Shown here: piece by piece, positions 20,242 to 28,624 of the stretch
Position numbering within the stretch: the stretch's first letter is position 1
Layout: each line of letters opens with the position of its first letter
IMG/VR virus record: IMGVR_UViG_3300045988_113151
Source of the DNA: a virus
DNA length: 64,000 nt
Strand: one strand, 5' to 3'
The notes under the pieces: model-generated
Told to the model about the DNA's origin: nothing
Database searches by the model: none
The model's input: the letters and a program-made list of their open reading frames with translations, nothing else
Translations under genes and position numbers: made by a program

Positions 20242-20379
20242 TTAATAGTATATCTCACTAAGTTCATTACTGAGTTCTTTATTTTCCTCTGTAAGATATT
20301 CAATTTCTACTTGAGATTCTAATATAATTTCTATTAGTTCTTCTTTTGTTTCTGTTTCTAATTCTTCTTGTGTCCACAT
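20242..20379 (-). CDS. small acidic coiled-coil ORF, 45 aa
   Basis: Hand translation MWTQEELETETKEELIEIILESQ...; below the track length cut-off. Confidence 0.3.
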   Translation of the reverse strand: MWTQEELETETKEELIEIILESQVEIEYLTEENKELSNELSEIYY

Positions 20380-20643
20380 AGACTTTTAAATTTAAGAGAG
20401 TTATCTGTCTATTCGTACGTCTTATTCAACAGAAGCCCTTTTCCTTCTCCTGACCTATTACTAGGTTGACCGTTGTATAGTCCGTAGTACTCTATCTGTT
20501 AAGATTCCTTTAGGGGTTTGGCTTTATAACTCTCTAGGCTTAACTTCACCATAACTTAATAATTAAGTTAAAAACAAATTATCTGGCATGATAATATTAG
20601 TTGTTATAATAAATATTACTTTATTACTACACGCATGGAGATT

Positions 20644-20766
20644 TTACCTTCCACGTTTATAAGGCTCTAATTTCTTATGCCTTATTTTCTTTTTAGATTG
20701 ATACTCGTAAGCTTTTTCAGATTGCTTAGATCCTGGAAAATGAGATTCCTTGTAAGTCTTTCCCAT
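20644..20766 (-). CDS. small basic ORF, 40 aa
   Basis: Hand translation MGKTYKESHFPGSKQSEKAYEY...KRGR. It starts 1 nt after the stop of 20768..21148. Confidence 0.3.
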   Translation of the reverse strand: MGKTYKESHFPGSKQSEKAYEYQSKKKIRHKKLEPYKRGR

Positions 20767-20767
20767 A

Positions 20768-21148
20768 TTACATATCCATTATATAATACATTTTAGCTGC
20801 TAACTCTGGTATATAACTAGCTTTGATATTAGTTAGATAACTAAGATCAGATGTACTAGGTGTCATTAATATACGCAAAGCTTCTTTGTTATTAGTACTA
20901 ATAATAGATGCTTTCAAATAGTCTTTAAACTTACTAGAACTTGGATGATATCCGGATTTAGCTTCAAATTGTTTAACAAGTTTAACAAATTCAGAATCTT
21001 TAGCATTTAATCTTTCTTGAGATGCATCTTCCTCTGACAATAATACAGGTTTAGTATTAAAACCAATTTGTTCAGAGAATTTAACCATAGCATTTTTAAT
21101 ACTTGATTCACTTACCTCATTAGGTATGCATATTACGACTACTTTCAT
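20768..21148 (-). CDS. hypothetical protein, 126 aa
   Basis: ORF track. Confidence 0.45.
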   Translation of the reverse strand: MKVVVICIPNEVSESSIKNAMVKFSEQIGFNTKPVLLSEEDASQERLNAKDSEFVKLVKQFEAKSGYHPSSSKFKDYLKASIISTNNKEALRILMTPSTSDLSYLTNIKASYIPELAAKMYYIMDM

Positions 21149-21158
21149 AATTTTGATA

Positions 21159-21419
21159 TTATTTAATTTCAGTTAGTTTACTTTTTTTATTTGTATTACG
21201 ACTGTTAACATCAGCGTATTTATCTCTATTGTGTATTTTACCACAACGAATACAGAAGACTCTATCTTCTCCATTTTCTGATGGAGAGATTCTAGTACCC
21301 CAGATATGACCATATTTAATACAGTCAATTCTTCTTAATTTCTCTATTTCTTCTAGAGTTGTTCTTTTGCTACACACGTTAGCTAATTTCATAAAGAACT
21401 TTGTTAAATATTTTCTCAT
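21159..21419 (-). CDS. small zinc-ribbon-like protein
   Basis: CIKYGH...CIRCGKIH Cys/His pairs. Confidence 0.45.
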   Translation of the reverse strand: MRKYLTKFFMKLANVCSKRTTLEEIEKLRRIDCIKYGHIWGTRISPSENGEDRVFCIRCGKIHNRDKYADVNSRNTNKKSKLTEIK

Positions 21420-21844
21420 TTACATATAAATTAATAGTTTAAAAGTTAATATTAATGATGGCGTCTCATAGTTGCAGCTATGAGATTGTAATCAGTTTAA
21501 TTGAAAAAGATTTAAAGTTGATACAGTATACTGCAATATACTTACCAGTTCTCCAATAGGATAGCTTTTGTTAATAGAGCGAACTATTTTACATTTTTGA
21601 CTCTCACATATTTAAACACATGCAGAAAAGCTGTCAAACCAATCTTACTGTGTACATGATTTTAACGCCCGCACGATCATAAATACATTTAATCAATAGG
21701 TTATTTATAATTTGCATACGTATGTCTCACTAATTTTAATCAACTATCATAGTATTTACTTACGCCCCACATGTTTGTCATCTTCTGAAGGAGCTATATT
21801 CCTGTTTCTCAACTGTAATATAGCAAAGACAATTTTAAAATAAA
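21420..21844. other. ORF-free segment D
   Basis: No ORFs. It contains copies of the ACATGATTTTAA and GCCCCACATGTTTGTCA blocks shared with segment E, and the hairpin 21464-21485. Confidence 0.5.
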
Positions 21845-22270
21845 CTAAAATGAAGATTTTAAAGAGTCGTTCTTTGGTTCAGGTATACTTGGTTTAGGCA
21901 TACTGTCTGGTAAATATTGTTTTTGCACATCCATAGCATGTTTAATAATCTTATCATAGAACTCTTTATTTGTAATATAAGTATTTACAATATCTTGAAT
22001 AGATATTTGTGTTCCTTTTGTTACAAGTATTTGAGTAACTATTTGAGTAGGCATATCTAAGTATACACTATCACAATAGCGATAAAATCTCATTTCTTCT
22101 CTTTCTTGCAATACTTCCTTTACAGAAGGAATGTATTCTTGTTCAATAGAATCCGTATCAGGGATATCATTGATTGCTTGTGGTTTTTTCACACAGCTTG
22201 TTAGTATAGTTATTAACATAACTATTGCTAAAATAGCAAATAATTTTAAAGATTTAAATTTTTCTTTCAT
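21845..22270 (-). CDS. putative lipoprotein, ends at TAG
   Basis: Signal peptide with lipobox-like ILTSC. The stop is TAG (plus cta 21845-21847). Confidence 0.55.
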   Translation of the reverse strand: MKEKFKSLKLFAILAIVMLITILTSCVKKPQAINDIPDTDSIEQEYIPSVKEVLQEREEMRFYRYCDSVYLDMPTQIVTQILVTKGTQISIQDIVNTYITNKEFYDKIIKHAMDVQKQYLPDSMPKPSIPEPKNDSLKSSF

Positions 22271-22294
22271 TTTTGATAATGTTTTTAATTAATT

Positions 22295-22486
22295 TTACTG
22301 TAACATTGAATAGATTTCAGCAGCACTTTCTTTAACTTCTGCTATAACTACTTCTTCTTCGCCTAAATTAGTATAAATATAAGTACAGTCTTCTCCATCA
22401 CAAATAGATGAAATTATTTCTGTATTTATTACTGTATTACCTAGCGTTTCTGGATCAGCGTTAGTTAATAATATAAATTTCTTCAT
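22295..22486 (-). CDS. hypothetical small protein
   Basis: ORF track. Confidence 0.4.
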   Translation of the reverse strand: MKKFILLTNADPETLGNTVINTEIISSICDGEDCTYIYTNLGEEEVVIAEVKESAAEIYSMLQ

Positions 22487-22603
22487 TGTGGTATAATATT
22501 ATAAATTATTACTAATAGTGATACTAATATATATAAACTAATCATAATAGTTTTATGATTGTCTATAAATTGTAACATTTTATCTAATAAGATGTCACAA
22601 ATA

Positions 22604-22879
22604 TCAGGGTTTGAATCTGTCTTCATACTTCTCACTGTTTTTATTATCTAAATTGTGATTAGCAGAAGCTCCTAGTTCGTATATAAATCTAATTACGCAG
22701 AATATGCATAACGTGATTATAATAACACACCACCATTTGTAATAGTCATATAGACTACCATGCTTTAGCTCAAAGGCTAAACTTTCATCTAAAACTGCAT
22801 CAATATTAGCTTTTAACCATAGTGTTACTATAGTAAGAGCTACTATAAATCCAGCTAAAAAATTGATTAAACTTTTCAT
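22604..22879 (-). CDS. two-TM membrane protein
   Basis: Two hydrophobic segments in the ORF-track translation. Confidence 0.45.
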   Translation of the reverse strand: MKSLINFLAGFIVALTIVTLWLKANIDAVLDESLAFELKHGSLYDYYKWWCVIIITLCIFCVIRFIYELGASANHNLDNKNSEKYEDRFKP

Positions 22880-23100
22880 TCTTTAATTTGATTTAATAGT
22901 TGATTACTAGAATTCTTCCAATTAGAAAGTAATTCATTAAATTTATCTCTTAATTCTAACAATTGTTCTTTCTCTTCATCTGTTATACATTTATAATCAG
23001 ATTCAAGAGTAATAAGTAAAGAAGATAGATTACATTTTAGACCAAATAATCTAAAATAAGTAAAATTCCTATACCTATTTAGCTTTGATTTCTTGTTCAT
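22876..23100 (-). CDS. hypothetical small protein
   Basis: ORF track; 4-nt overlap with the downstream gene. Confidence 0.4.
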   Translation of the reverse strand: MNKKSKLNRYRNFTYFRLFGLKCNLSSLLITLESDYKCITDEEKEQLLELRDKFNELLSNWKNSSNQLLNQIKE

Positions 23101-23407
23101 ACTTTGCTATTTTATTATAAATTATATTCCAATAGTGAATACCTTTTATTGAATCTTTCCAAGAAAAAGTAGTTATTATATAAAATATTACATAATTACT
23201 TCTTTTTTTATATAGGTTGAGACCTCTATAATTATAATTACGAAAACTCATATTATAATGTATTACTTCGGAAACAAATTCACTCAAACAATTAAAATGA
23301 ATTAAAGCGTGTAACAAGTTATATGACATGTTTGTCATAATGTGATGTCTCATATCCTGCTTAATTCGTTTTAAATCTTTGTCTGTATAATCTACAATAT
23401 TTTCCAT
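23075..23407 (-). CDS. hypothetical protein with FSW...G..YW motif, ends at TAG
   Basis: TTFSWKDSIKGIHYWNIIYNKI parallels GGFSWSSTKEGFEYWDNILGKI in 18538..18819. The stop is TAG (plus cta 23075-23077). Confidence 0.45.
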   Translation of the reverse strand: MENIVDYTDKDLKRIKQDMRHHIMTNMSYNLLHALIHFNCLSEFVSEVIHYNMSFRNYNYRGLNLYKKRSNYVIFYIITTFSWKDSIKGIHYWNIIYNKIAKYEQEIKAK

Positions 23408-23814
23408 AATTACTTTTTAATAAGGAATACTAAGTTTTGATTTGTACAAATAGCAAGATGTGAATACTTTCTAATAAATTTCTTTTTCATATTGATTATG
23501 TTTTAATGGTTAGTAAATTCTAATAAAATGAAGATTGCTACTTTCACAAGCAACAACCTTCTATAAACCAAATTTTAATAAAGAGAATGGCAAATGTAAC
23601 TAACATCTGAGGACTAGGATACGCTAATCCCTATAAATGATGCAATTAAAAATAGCGAAGAGTTACTAACGTAGTACAATATAGTTTGCATCATACATGA
23701 TTTTAAAGTCTGCACTAATGCTAGTTCAAGTGAGCTGTATAAATCAATATACATTTCAGACTAGACATAAGCCCCACATGTTTGTCAAGGATTCTCACCT
23801 TAATAACTTATAGT

Positions 23815-23937
23815 TTAATTACCATTAATAATGTAGAAGATATAACCTACAGCAAATAATGCTATAAGAACATAAATAATTGCAACTCCTACAAATGCAA
23901 TTATTCTTTCAAATAAATCGTCATCGTCTTTTTTCAT
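23815..23937 (-). CDS. small single-TM protein, 40 aa
   Basis: Hand translation MKKDDDDLFERIIAFVGVAIIYVLIALFAVGYIFYIINGN. Confidence 0.35.
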   Translation of the reverse strand: MKKDDDDLFERIIAFVGVAIIYVLIALFAVGYIFYIINGN

Positions 23938-24192
23938 AATTTAATAATTTTATAAATTTGCATTTTACACCTAAAACTTATAAGGGTAATAGGACTCGAA
24001 ATTAATCTATCCTAAAACTTTATTTATTACCTACTAAAAGAAGTAGAACTTATAAGAAACTGGTGTCCTCAATGTCTTGGAAGGTTATTGAGTTTTTTAA
24101 ATATCTGTCTTTCCAGATCGCCAATATTAGTTTATACTCCTAATATTAGAGTTTACTATCTTTAATACCTAGAATAAGATAGCAGATTGTTT

Positions 24193-24232
24193 AAAAGAAT
24201 AGTATAATCTTCCAAAACTATACTATTCTTTT
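24193..24232. terminator. bidirectional terminator-like hairpin
   Basis: 14-bp perfect stem AAAAGAATAGTATA/TATACTATTCTTTT with a 12-nt loop. The symmetric A/T runs give a U-tail on either strand. Confidence 0.5.
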
Positions 24233-24884
24233 GTATTATCAACACTCACTATTACACACAGTAGCTAATTGTGTTTATTTAGTGACTAGATTCATAGTGG
24301 AAATGATTCCTTATGAGAATCCTACTTACTAGCTAGACTCTTGCGCTCGATATTGACGTTGTGGCAATCAACAACAATATTTTTCACAATCGAGGGTCTT
24401 ATTTCTCGGCAACTCCTACTTAATTTAAATTTGAATATATTTATATATCCCAAGTAATCAACAGATATTTGGAGCACTATTTTACATCATTGTTTTCACG
24501 CTGATTGCTCGTTTTTGATCTTTTAATCAATATATACTTGATCAGTATGTATATATCTATGCTTCTTACTTTCTGAGCGAGTTTGCGATTCTCAGATTTC
24601 ATATTTTCTATTACCACGCATTGGCTAATTAGAAGAGCCTTAATTAAATTAAAATAACATAACTTGCACAGTTTGTTTAGTTATGACTAACCAGCCTGTG
24701 ACTAACTTCTGGTTAGTCTTAATTTAATTACTAGTCTTTACAGCGCTAGCTCTCTGTTTAGTTATTATAAAGATAATTAAATTAGAAAAAATTGCTATAA
24801 TGATGACTCAATTGTAGTGATATGCAGAAGCGATGGACACTTTCATGTCCACGCTCTGATTGACGAATAAGCTATATATTAGTA

Positions 24885-25565
24885 TCATTCATCATAGTCA
24901 TCATCTGCATTAATGTTGGATTTCGTGGGTGGAGTGACAGTACCACCCTTACTCTCATCTCCCTTGTCAACTTTTTTCAATACCCAATAAATCCCACGGT
25001 TTAGATTGCTGTCTGTATTCCTCTTGATTACTTCCTCAACTGTGCCACCATTTAATTCGGTGTCCCATTCGTTAGTATCGTCGAATCCTACGACTTCATC
25101 ATTCTCCCCAATTATAGGTACAACCTTAGAATACCCAACAGCGTTAAGTGTACGTAATTCTGTTTGACTGCCATTTTTGTCGTAGTAGTAAAAACTTTCA
25201 ATGTCATATAATTCACTGACTTTCATAGTTTTGTACACTAGAGGTAAAGAAAATTGACAATCTTCTAACTTAACTACTTCACCCTTCTTAGTTGTAAACT
25301 GTTTTTCATCCGATTCCATGCACTTAATAAACCTATCTAGTAGCTTCTTGTATGCCTTAGCAGTTTCGTCCTCTGTTGGAAACAGGCATTTAACTAAGTT
25401 TACGTCTCGAATTGCCGCAGCTTGAGGGTTAAGTACACGCACACCATTAATCATAATGAACGGCTCGCAATTTTTGTCTCCCGTAGTGTAAGAGAATGTA
25501 CATACGTAGTACTCATTTCCATTTTCTCTTACACGTTTTTCTGCTTGAATTAATTTACTTAACAT
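24885..25565 (-). CDS. hypothetical protein with acidic C-terminal tail, first gene of the leftward block
   Basis: ORF track; ends NADDDYDE. Higher G+C than neighbours. An SSB-like role is possible but unsupported beyond the tail. Confidence 0.5.
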   Translation of the reverse strand: MLSKLIQAEKRVRENGNEYYVCTFSYTTGDKNCEPFIMINGVRVLNPQAAAIRDVNLVKCLFPTEDETAKAYKKLLDRFIKCMESDEKQFTTKKGEVVKLEDCQFSLPLVYKTMKVSELYDIESFYYYDKNGSQTELRTLNAVGYSKVVPIIGENDEVVGFDDTNEWDTELNGGTVEEVIKRNTDSNLNRGIYWVLKKVDKGDESKGGTVTPPTKSNINADDDYDE

Positions 25566-25612
25566 AATTGTAATTTTTTTGATAAAACCTAATACTTAAA
25601 ATACTTGATTGA

Positions 25613-25657
25613 GGAAGAAACACGCCGTTGAGTGAACCCCGCGGGGGTGTTCCTTCC
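25613..25657 (-). promoter_or_regulatory. structured 5' leader element
   Basis: 11-bp helix GGAAGGAACAC/GTGTTTCTTCC, with G.U on the minus-sense RNA but an A-C mismatch on plus sense. It encloses a GC-rich CCCC-GCG-GGGG hairpin 48-92 nt upstream of the ATG at 25565. Confidence 0.4.
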
Positions 25658-25830
25658 GAAACAAGGTAGAGGGGTATGATCTTTTGCTGGTCCACACACT
25701 CACAATTATTCGCAAAATTTTTTTTAATATATATAATTTTTGTTAAATTTTGGCTATTAAACATACATAAACTTTTATAAAAAACGTTAACAATTTATCA
25801 CAATAAGCAACAAATGTAGCATATAATACG

Positions 25831-26100
25831 TTACTGTATTAGTACAGTCTAACACAGTAAATACAGTAAGTAGTATAAATAAGTAAATGTAGCCACTACT
25901 TACTTAATATTATAAGTAACATGTATACTAGTAAAGAAGTAACTTTTATAGCTAACCAAGTAATTAAACTAAGTACTCTTACTTAGATAACACTAATGAA
26001 ATCATATGAATTTATAATATCAGAAGCATGAATTACTATTATATTAGAAAGAAAGACTAGCAATATTCTAACTGCATTTACTTAGCTAATATAAGTAAGA
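25831..26100. repeat. AAGTAA/TTACTT hexamer cluster in the divergent intergenic region
   Basis: Exact AAGTAA at 25881, 25914, 25937, 25958 and 26093; exact TTACTT at 25900, 25979 and 26078. There are also near-variants and a 9-bp inverted repeat GTAAGTAGT/ACTACTTAC. Confidence 0.55.
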
Positions 26101-26349
26101 AAGCTAGATATAATGACGATTATAGAACTTTTACTATACCAGGTAAAATAGAGTACACATTTACTGAATAGTTATACAAAGAATTCAAAGAAGACATTTT
26201 AAAGAAACATTCCTGAAGTACAAAGGATCGTAGCCACCTAAGCATACCATTAGAACTGCTCAACGTAGGTCTGAATCGTAAAAGTCAGTAGAGTTATTCC
26301 CTATCTTTGGGTATATTAAAATAGGGACCCCATTAAAATATTAGTTAGT

Positions 26350-26553
26350 ATGGCACAAGATAATAACAAAAAAAACTACCCAGAATATCATTTTCAAAAG
26401 AAAGTATATTTAGCAGTACCAGAAATCAGTGAAGGAGCGTGCGTTGGCTGCGCTTTCTACAATAAACTTGATTGTTCAAAGTACCCAGAACGTATAGCAT
26501 TGTGTAGACAAGGTAATATTTTCAAAAGAAAGTTGCAACATATAGACGATTAA
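26350..26553 (+). CDS. small Cys-rich protein
   Basis: ORF track; CVGCAFYNKLDCSKYPERIALC. Confidence 0.45.
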   Translation: MAQDNNKKNYPEYHFQKKVYLAVPEISEGACVGCAFYNKLDCSKYPERIALCRQGNIFKRKLQHIDD

Positions 26554-26578
26554 TACGTTTAACAAAGAAAAATTATTT

Positions 26579-26959
26579 ATGGAAGACAAAGTACTTAAGA
26601 CAGTAGTAGATAGTATTAAATACTCATTTAAAAAAGATATACTAGTAAAACCATTGCCAACTACGAAGGTTACTGTAGAATATACAGAACAAATACCTAC
26701 TGGTGAAAAGGACGAGGAAGGTTTCAATAAATATGAAACTAAGAGTCACACCAAAGAAGTAGATTCAGAATTTTCAAGAGGTATTGTTATATCTTTACCT
26801 ACTAGCAAGGCAATAAATGAAGCTAATGATATGGACATTAATCTTGGCGATACTATAGTTTATGTATCTAAATTTGCTAAGAATTTTGATCTATTCAAAG
26901 ACTCGCAACTGGTTAAACCATACGATGTAATTGCAGTTGAGTCTGCTGAAAAAAAGTAA
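26579..26959 (+). CDS. GroES/gp31-like co-chaperonin candidate
   Basis: ILVKPLP, then an inserted charged loop, then GIVISLP...INLGDTIVYVSKF...YDVIAV. This follows the GroES pattern. Confidence 0.4.
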   Translation: MEDKVLKTVVDSIKYSFKKDILVKPLPTTKVTVEYTEQIPTGEKDEEGFNKYETKSHTKEVDSEFSRGIVISLPTSKAINEANDMDINLGDTIVYVSKFAKNFDLFKDSQLVKPYDVIAVESAEKK

Positions 26960-27034
26960 TTATTTAAGAGTGCTCGTGCGAGCTTAGTCGTCGCATCTGC
27001 ACTATAAAAATTTTATTCATATATTTACATTCTA

Positions 27035-27066
27035 AATACCCAGGGTTAAAAGCTCTGGGTATTTTT
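27035..27066 (+). terminator. Rho-independent terminator
   Basis: Stem AATACCCAG/CTGGGTATT followed by a T-run. Confidence 0.6.
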
Positions 27067-27117
27067 ATATAGTATACTTACTTAATAAATGTTAAATATT
27101 ATAACCATTTACTTATA

Positions 27118-27321
27118 ATGCCGTTTTATAGGCATATGGTAACAATGATTATGATATTAATTATAACCGTAGTAAGTATTATCTTATGCATGCATTGTAA
27201 GAATATAGGCTATAACAAAGGATATTCAGACGGTTATGAAGAATGTAAAAAGAATTTTGAAAAGATAGAAAGATATAAAAGATCTATGAGTTCAAAATTC
27301 TTAGAAAAATTAAAACATTAA
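27118..27321 (+). CDS. small single-TM protein
   Basis: ORF track; hydrophobic MVTMIMILIITVVSIILCM. Confidence 0.45.
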   Translation: MPFYRHMVTMIMILIITVVSIILCMHCKNIGYNKGYSDGYEECKKNFEKIERYKRSMSSKFLEKLKH

Positions 27322-27325
27322 TGAT

Positions 27326-27733
27326 ATGAAACAGTATAAAGTTATTAAAGAATTTGGTTGTGCCAAAAAAGGAGATATTTTCTATGAAACATCTGAGGGA
27401 CATTTTGAAATGGATAACACATCTGAGTGCGTGGATATGTATAGCAATCGTAATATGTGTATCAGCCCCAATATTATTAACACACTATTGGATGCAAAAT
27501 TTGTTGAAGAATTTAACTCAGAAACGAAAGAAGAAGAATTCGCAAAAGATAAACTGACTAGTATAAGTAACTTTATCTATGAAGCTAAAGAACAGTATAA
27601 GAAAGACCATGATAGTTTAGTTGATGAATATAATGAAGGCAACTTACCTGCATGTGTAAAAGTAGAAGCTGATACTGTTTACTTTAATATGAATAAGATA
27701 CTAACTAAAATTGAGGAACTAATAAATGAATAA
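27326..27733 (+). CDS. hypothetical protein, 135 aa
   Basis: ORF track. Confidence 0.5.
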   Translation: MKQYKVIKEFGCAKKGDIFYETSEGHFEMDNTSECVDMYSNRNMCISPNIINTLLDAKFVEEFNSETKEEEFAKDKLTSISNFIYEAKEQYKKDHDSLVDEYNEGNLPACVKVEADTVYFNMNKILTKIEELINE

Positions 27734-28100
27734 ACTAGTTAAGGAATGTAAGAAGAAAGATCTATATTCTGAATTCTTGAGGTCCTTAAACGGTATTATT
27801 CAACTACCAGACAGGGAGTTACAGCTACTTACTACTTTAGTAGACTTATAGATAAATAAGCAAAAACTCCCTGGTACTAGTGAGAGTGTAATTAGTACAG
27901 AAAATAGAAAGTATATCACTCATACTTTAGGTATTACTCCTGATAATTTGAGTAGATATTTAAGTAAATTCAAAGAACAAGGACTCCTAGTAAGAGGAAA
28001 AATAGATAATGAGTGGTTAGTAAATAAAATACTTATACCTGAAATAATTAAAGATAGAGTACAAATAACTATTATACTTAAAGTAAACAATGAAGAATAA
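27726..28100 (+). CDS. winged-helix DNA-binding protein, requires TAG read-through
   Basis: Hand translation from ATG 27726 with an in-frame TAG at 27849-27851. HTH-like LGITPDNLSRYLSKFKEQGLLVRG. Ends at TAA 28098. Confidence 0.5.
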
Positions 28101-28434
28101 GAACGTACTATATAAACTATATTCAGATGGTTTAATCATAAAAGTAACATATCATAATTGGTTTAAGTCTATCATTGATCTTATAAGTAATAGACCTGAT
28201 TTTGACATTGATTGTTACGTTCCAATCAAACAATATAATAACTCAGAGCAATCAAAACTACACGAATTACTTAGAAGAAATACTAATTTAAACTTTGATG
28301 ATATTACTGTTTTAGTTAATAGTATAAGACCTAACTCTATTATACCAAACTCTAAATTAGATTGTAATCCAAACTATGTCAATACAACAAAGAAGGAAGA
28401 TATCGATCTACTCAGAATTAGCAAACAAATATAA
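28090..28434 (+). CDS. hypothetical protein, 114 aa
   Basis: ORF track. Confidence 0.45.
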   Translation: MKNKNVLYKLYSDGLIIKVTYHNWFKSIIDLISNRPDFDIDCYVPIKQYNNSEQSKLHELLRRNTNLNFDDITVLVNSIRPNSIIPNSKLDCNPNYVNTTKKEDIDLLRISKQI

Positions 28435-28624
28435 TCTGCCATATCCAGTAATCGAAGTAATATGTAACAGCCCGTTTAAATTTGCTAAGTAGATTATAGC
28501 TGACGATGCTGATAAAAAAGACATAATGTTTGCTTACTTATTTAAACTAAAACTAAAGAAATTATACAAATGCAAAGATACGCAGAAATTATAGAGCAAG
28601 GAAGAGGCAGAAGAGGAACAATAA
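28376..28624 (+). CDS. possible small protein spanning in-frame TAGs
   Basis: Frame-2 reading MSIQQRRKISIYSELANKYNLPYPVIEVICNSPFKFAK-TAG-IIADDADKKDIMFAYLFKLKLKK looks protein-like. It overlaps both neighbours, so its extent is uncertain. Confidence 0.3.

Larger units (their letters stand above)
23408..24884. other. ORF-free segment E (about 1.5 kb, one 40-aa ORF inside)
   Basis: No track ORFs on either strand. It contains sequence blocks shared with segments A and D and a strong internal hairpin. Confidence 0.55.

Noticed and set aside
25555-25764. Minus-strand 69-aa ORF upstream of 24885..25565.
   Set aside because: It overlaps the start of the downstream gene and runs through the GC-rich structured leader. 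The translation shows no features, so it more likely reflects UTR sequence.
11656-26349. The idea that the ORF-free segments are coding under another stop-codon reassignment.
   Set aside because: TAA, TGA and TAG (and their reverse complements) all occur repeatedly in every frame of the stretches I read. No single or double reassignment opens a long frame.
26476-26727. Minus-strand ORF 26476..26727, and other antisense or out-of-frame ORFs in the rightward block (32417..32611, 34148..34445, 37661..37855, 41646..41885, 42292..42480, 42837..43304, 44553..44762, 46456..47091, 50448..50678, 51532..51750, 53602..53784, 54113..54352, 55192..55485, 57255..57936, 58475..58666, 60083..60709, 62000..62224).
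   Set aside because: Each is nested within or opposite a longer gene that has domain evidence or continuous same-frame structure.
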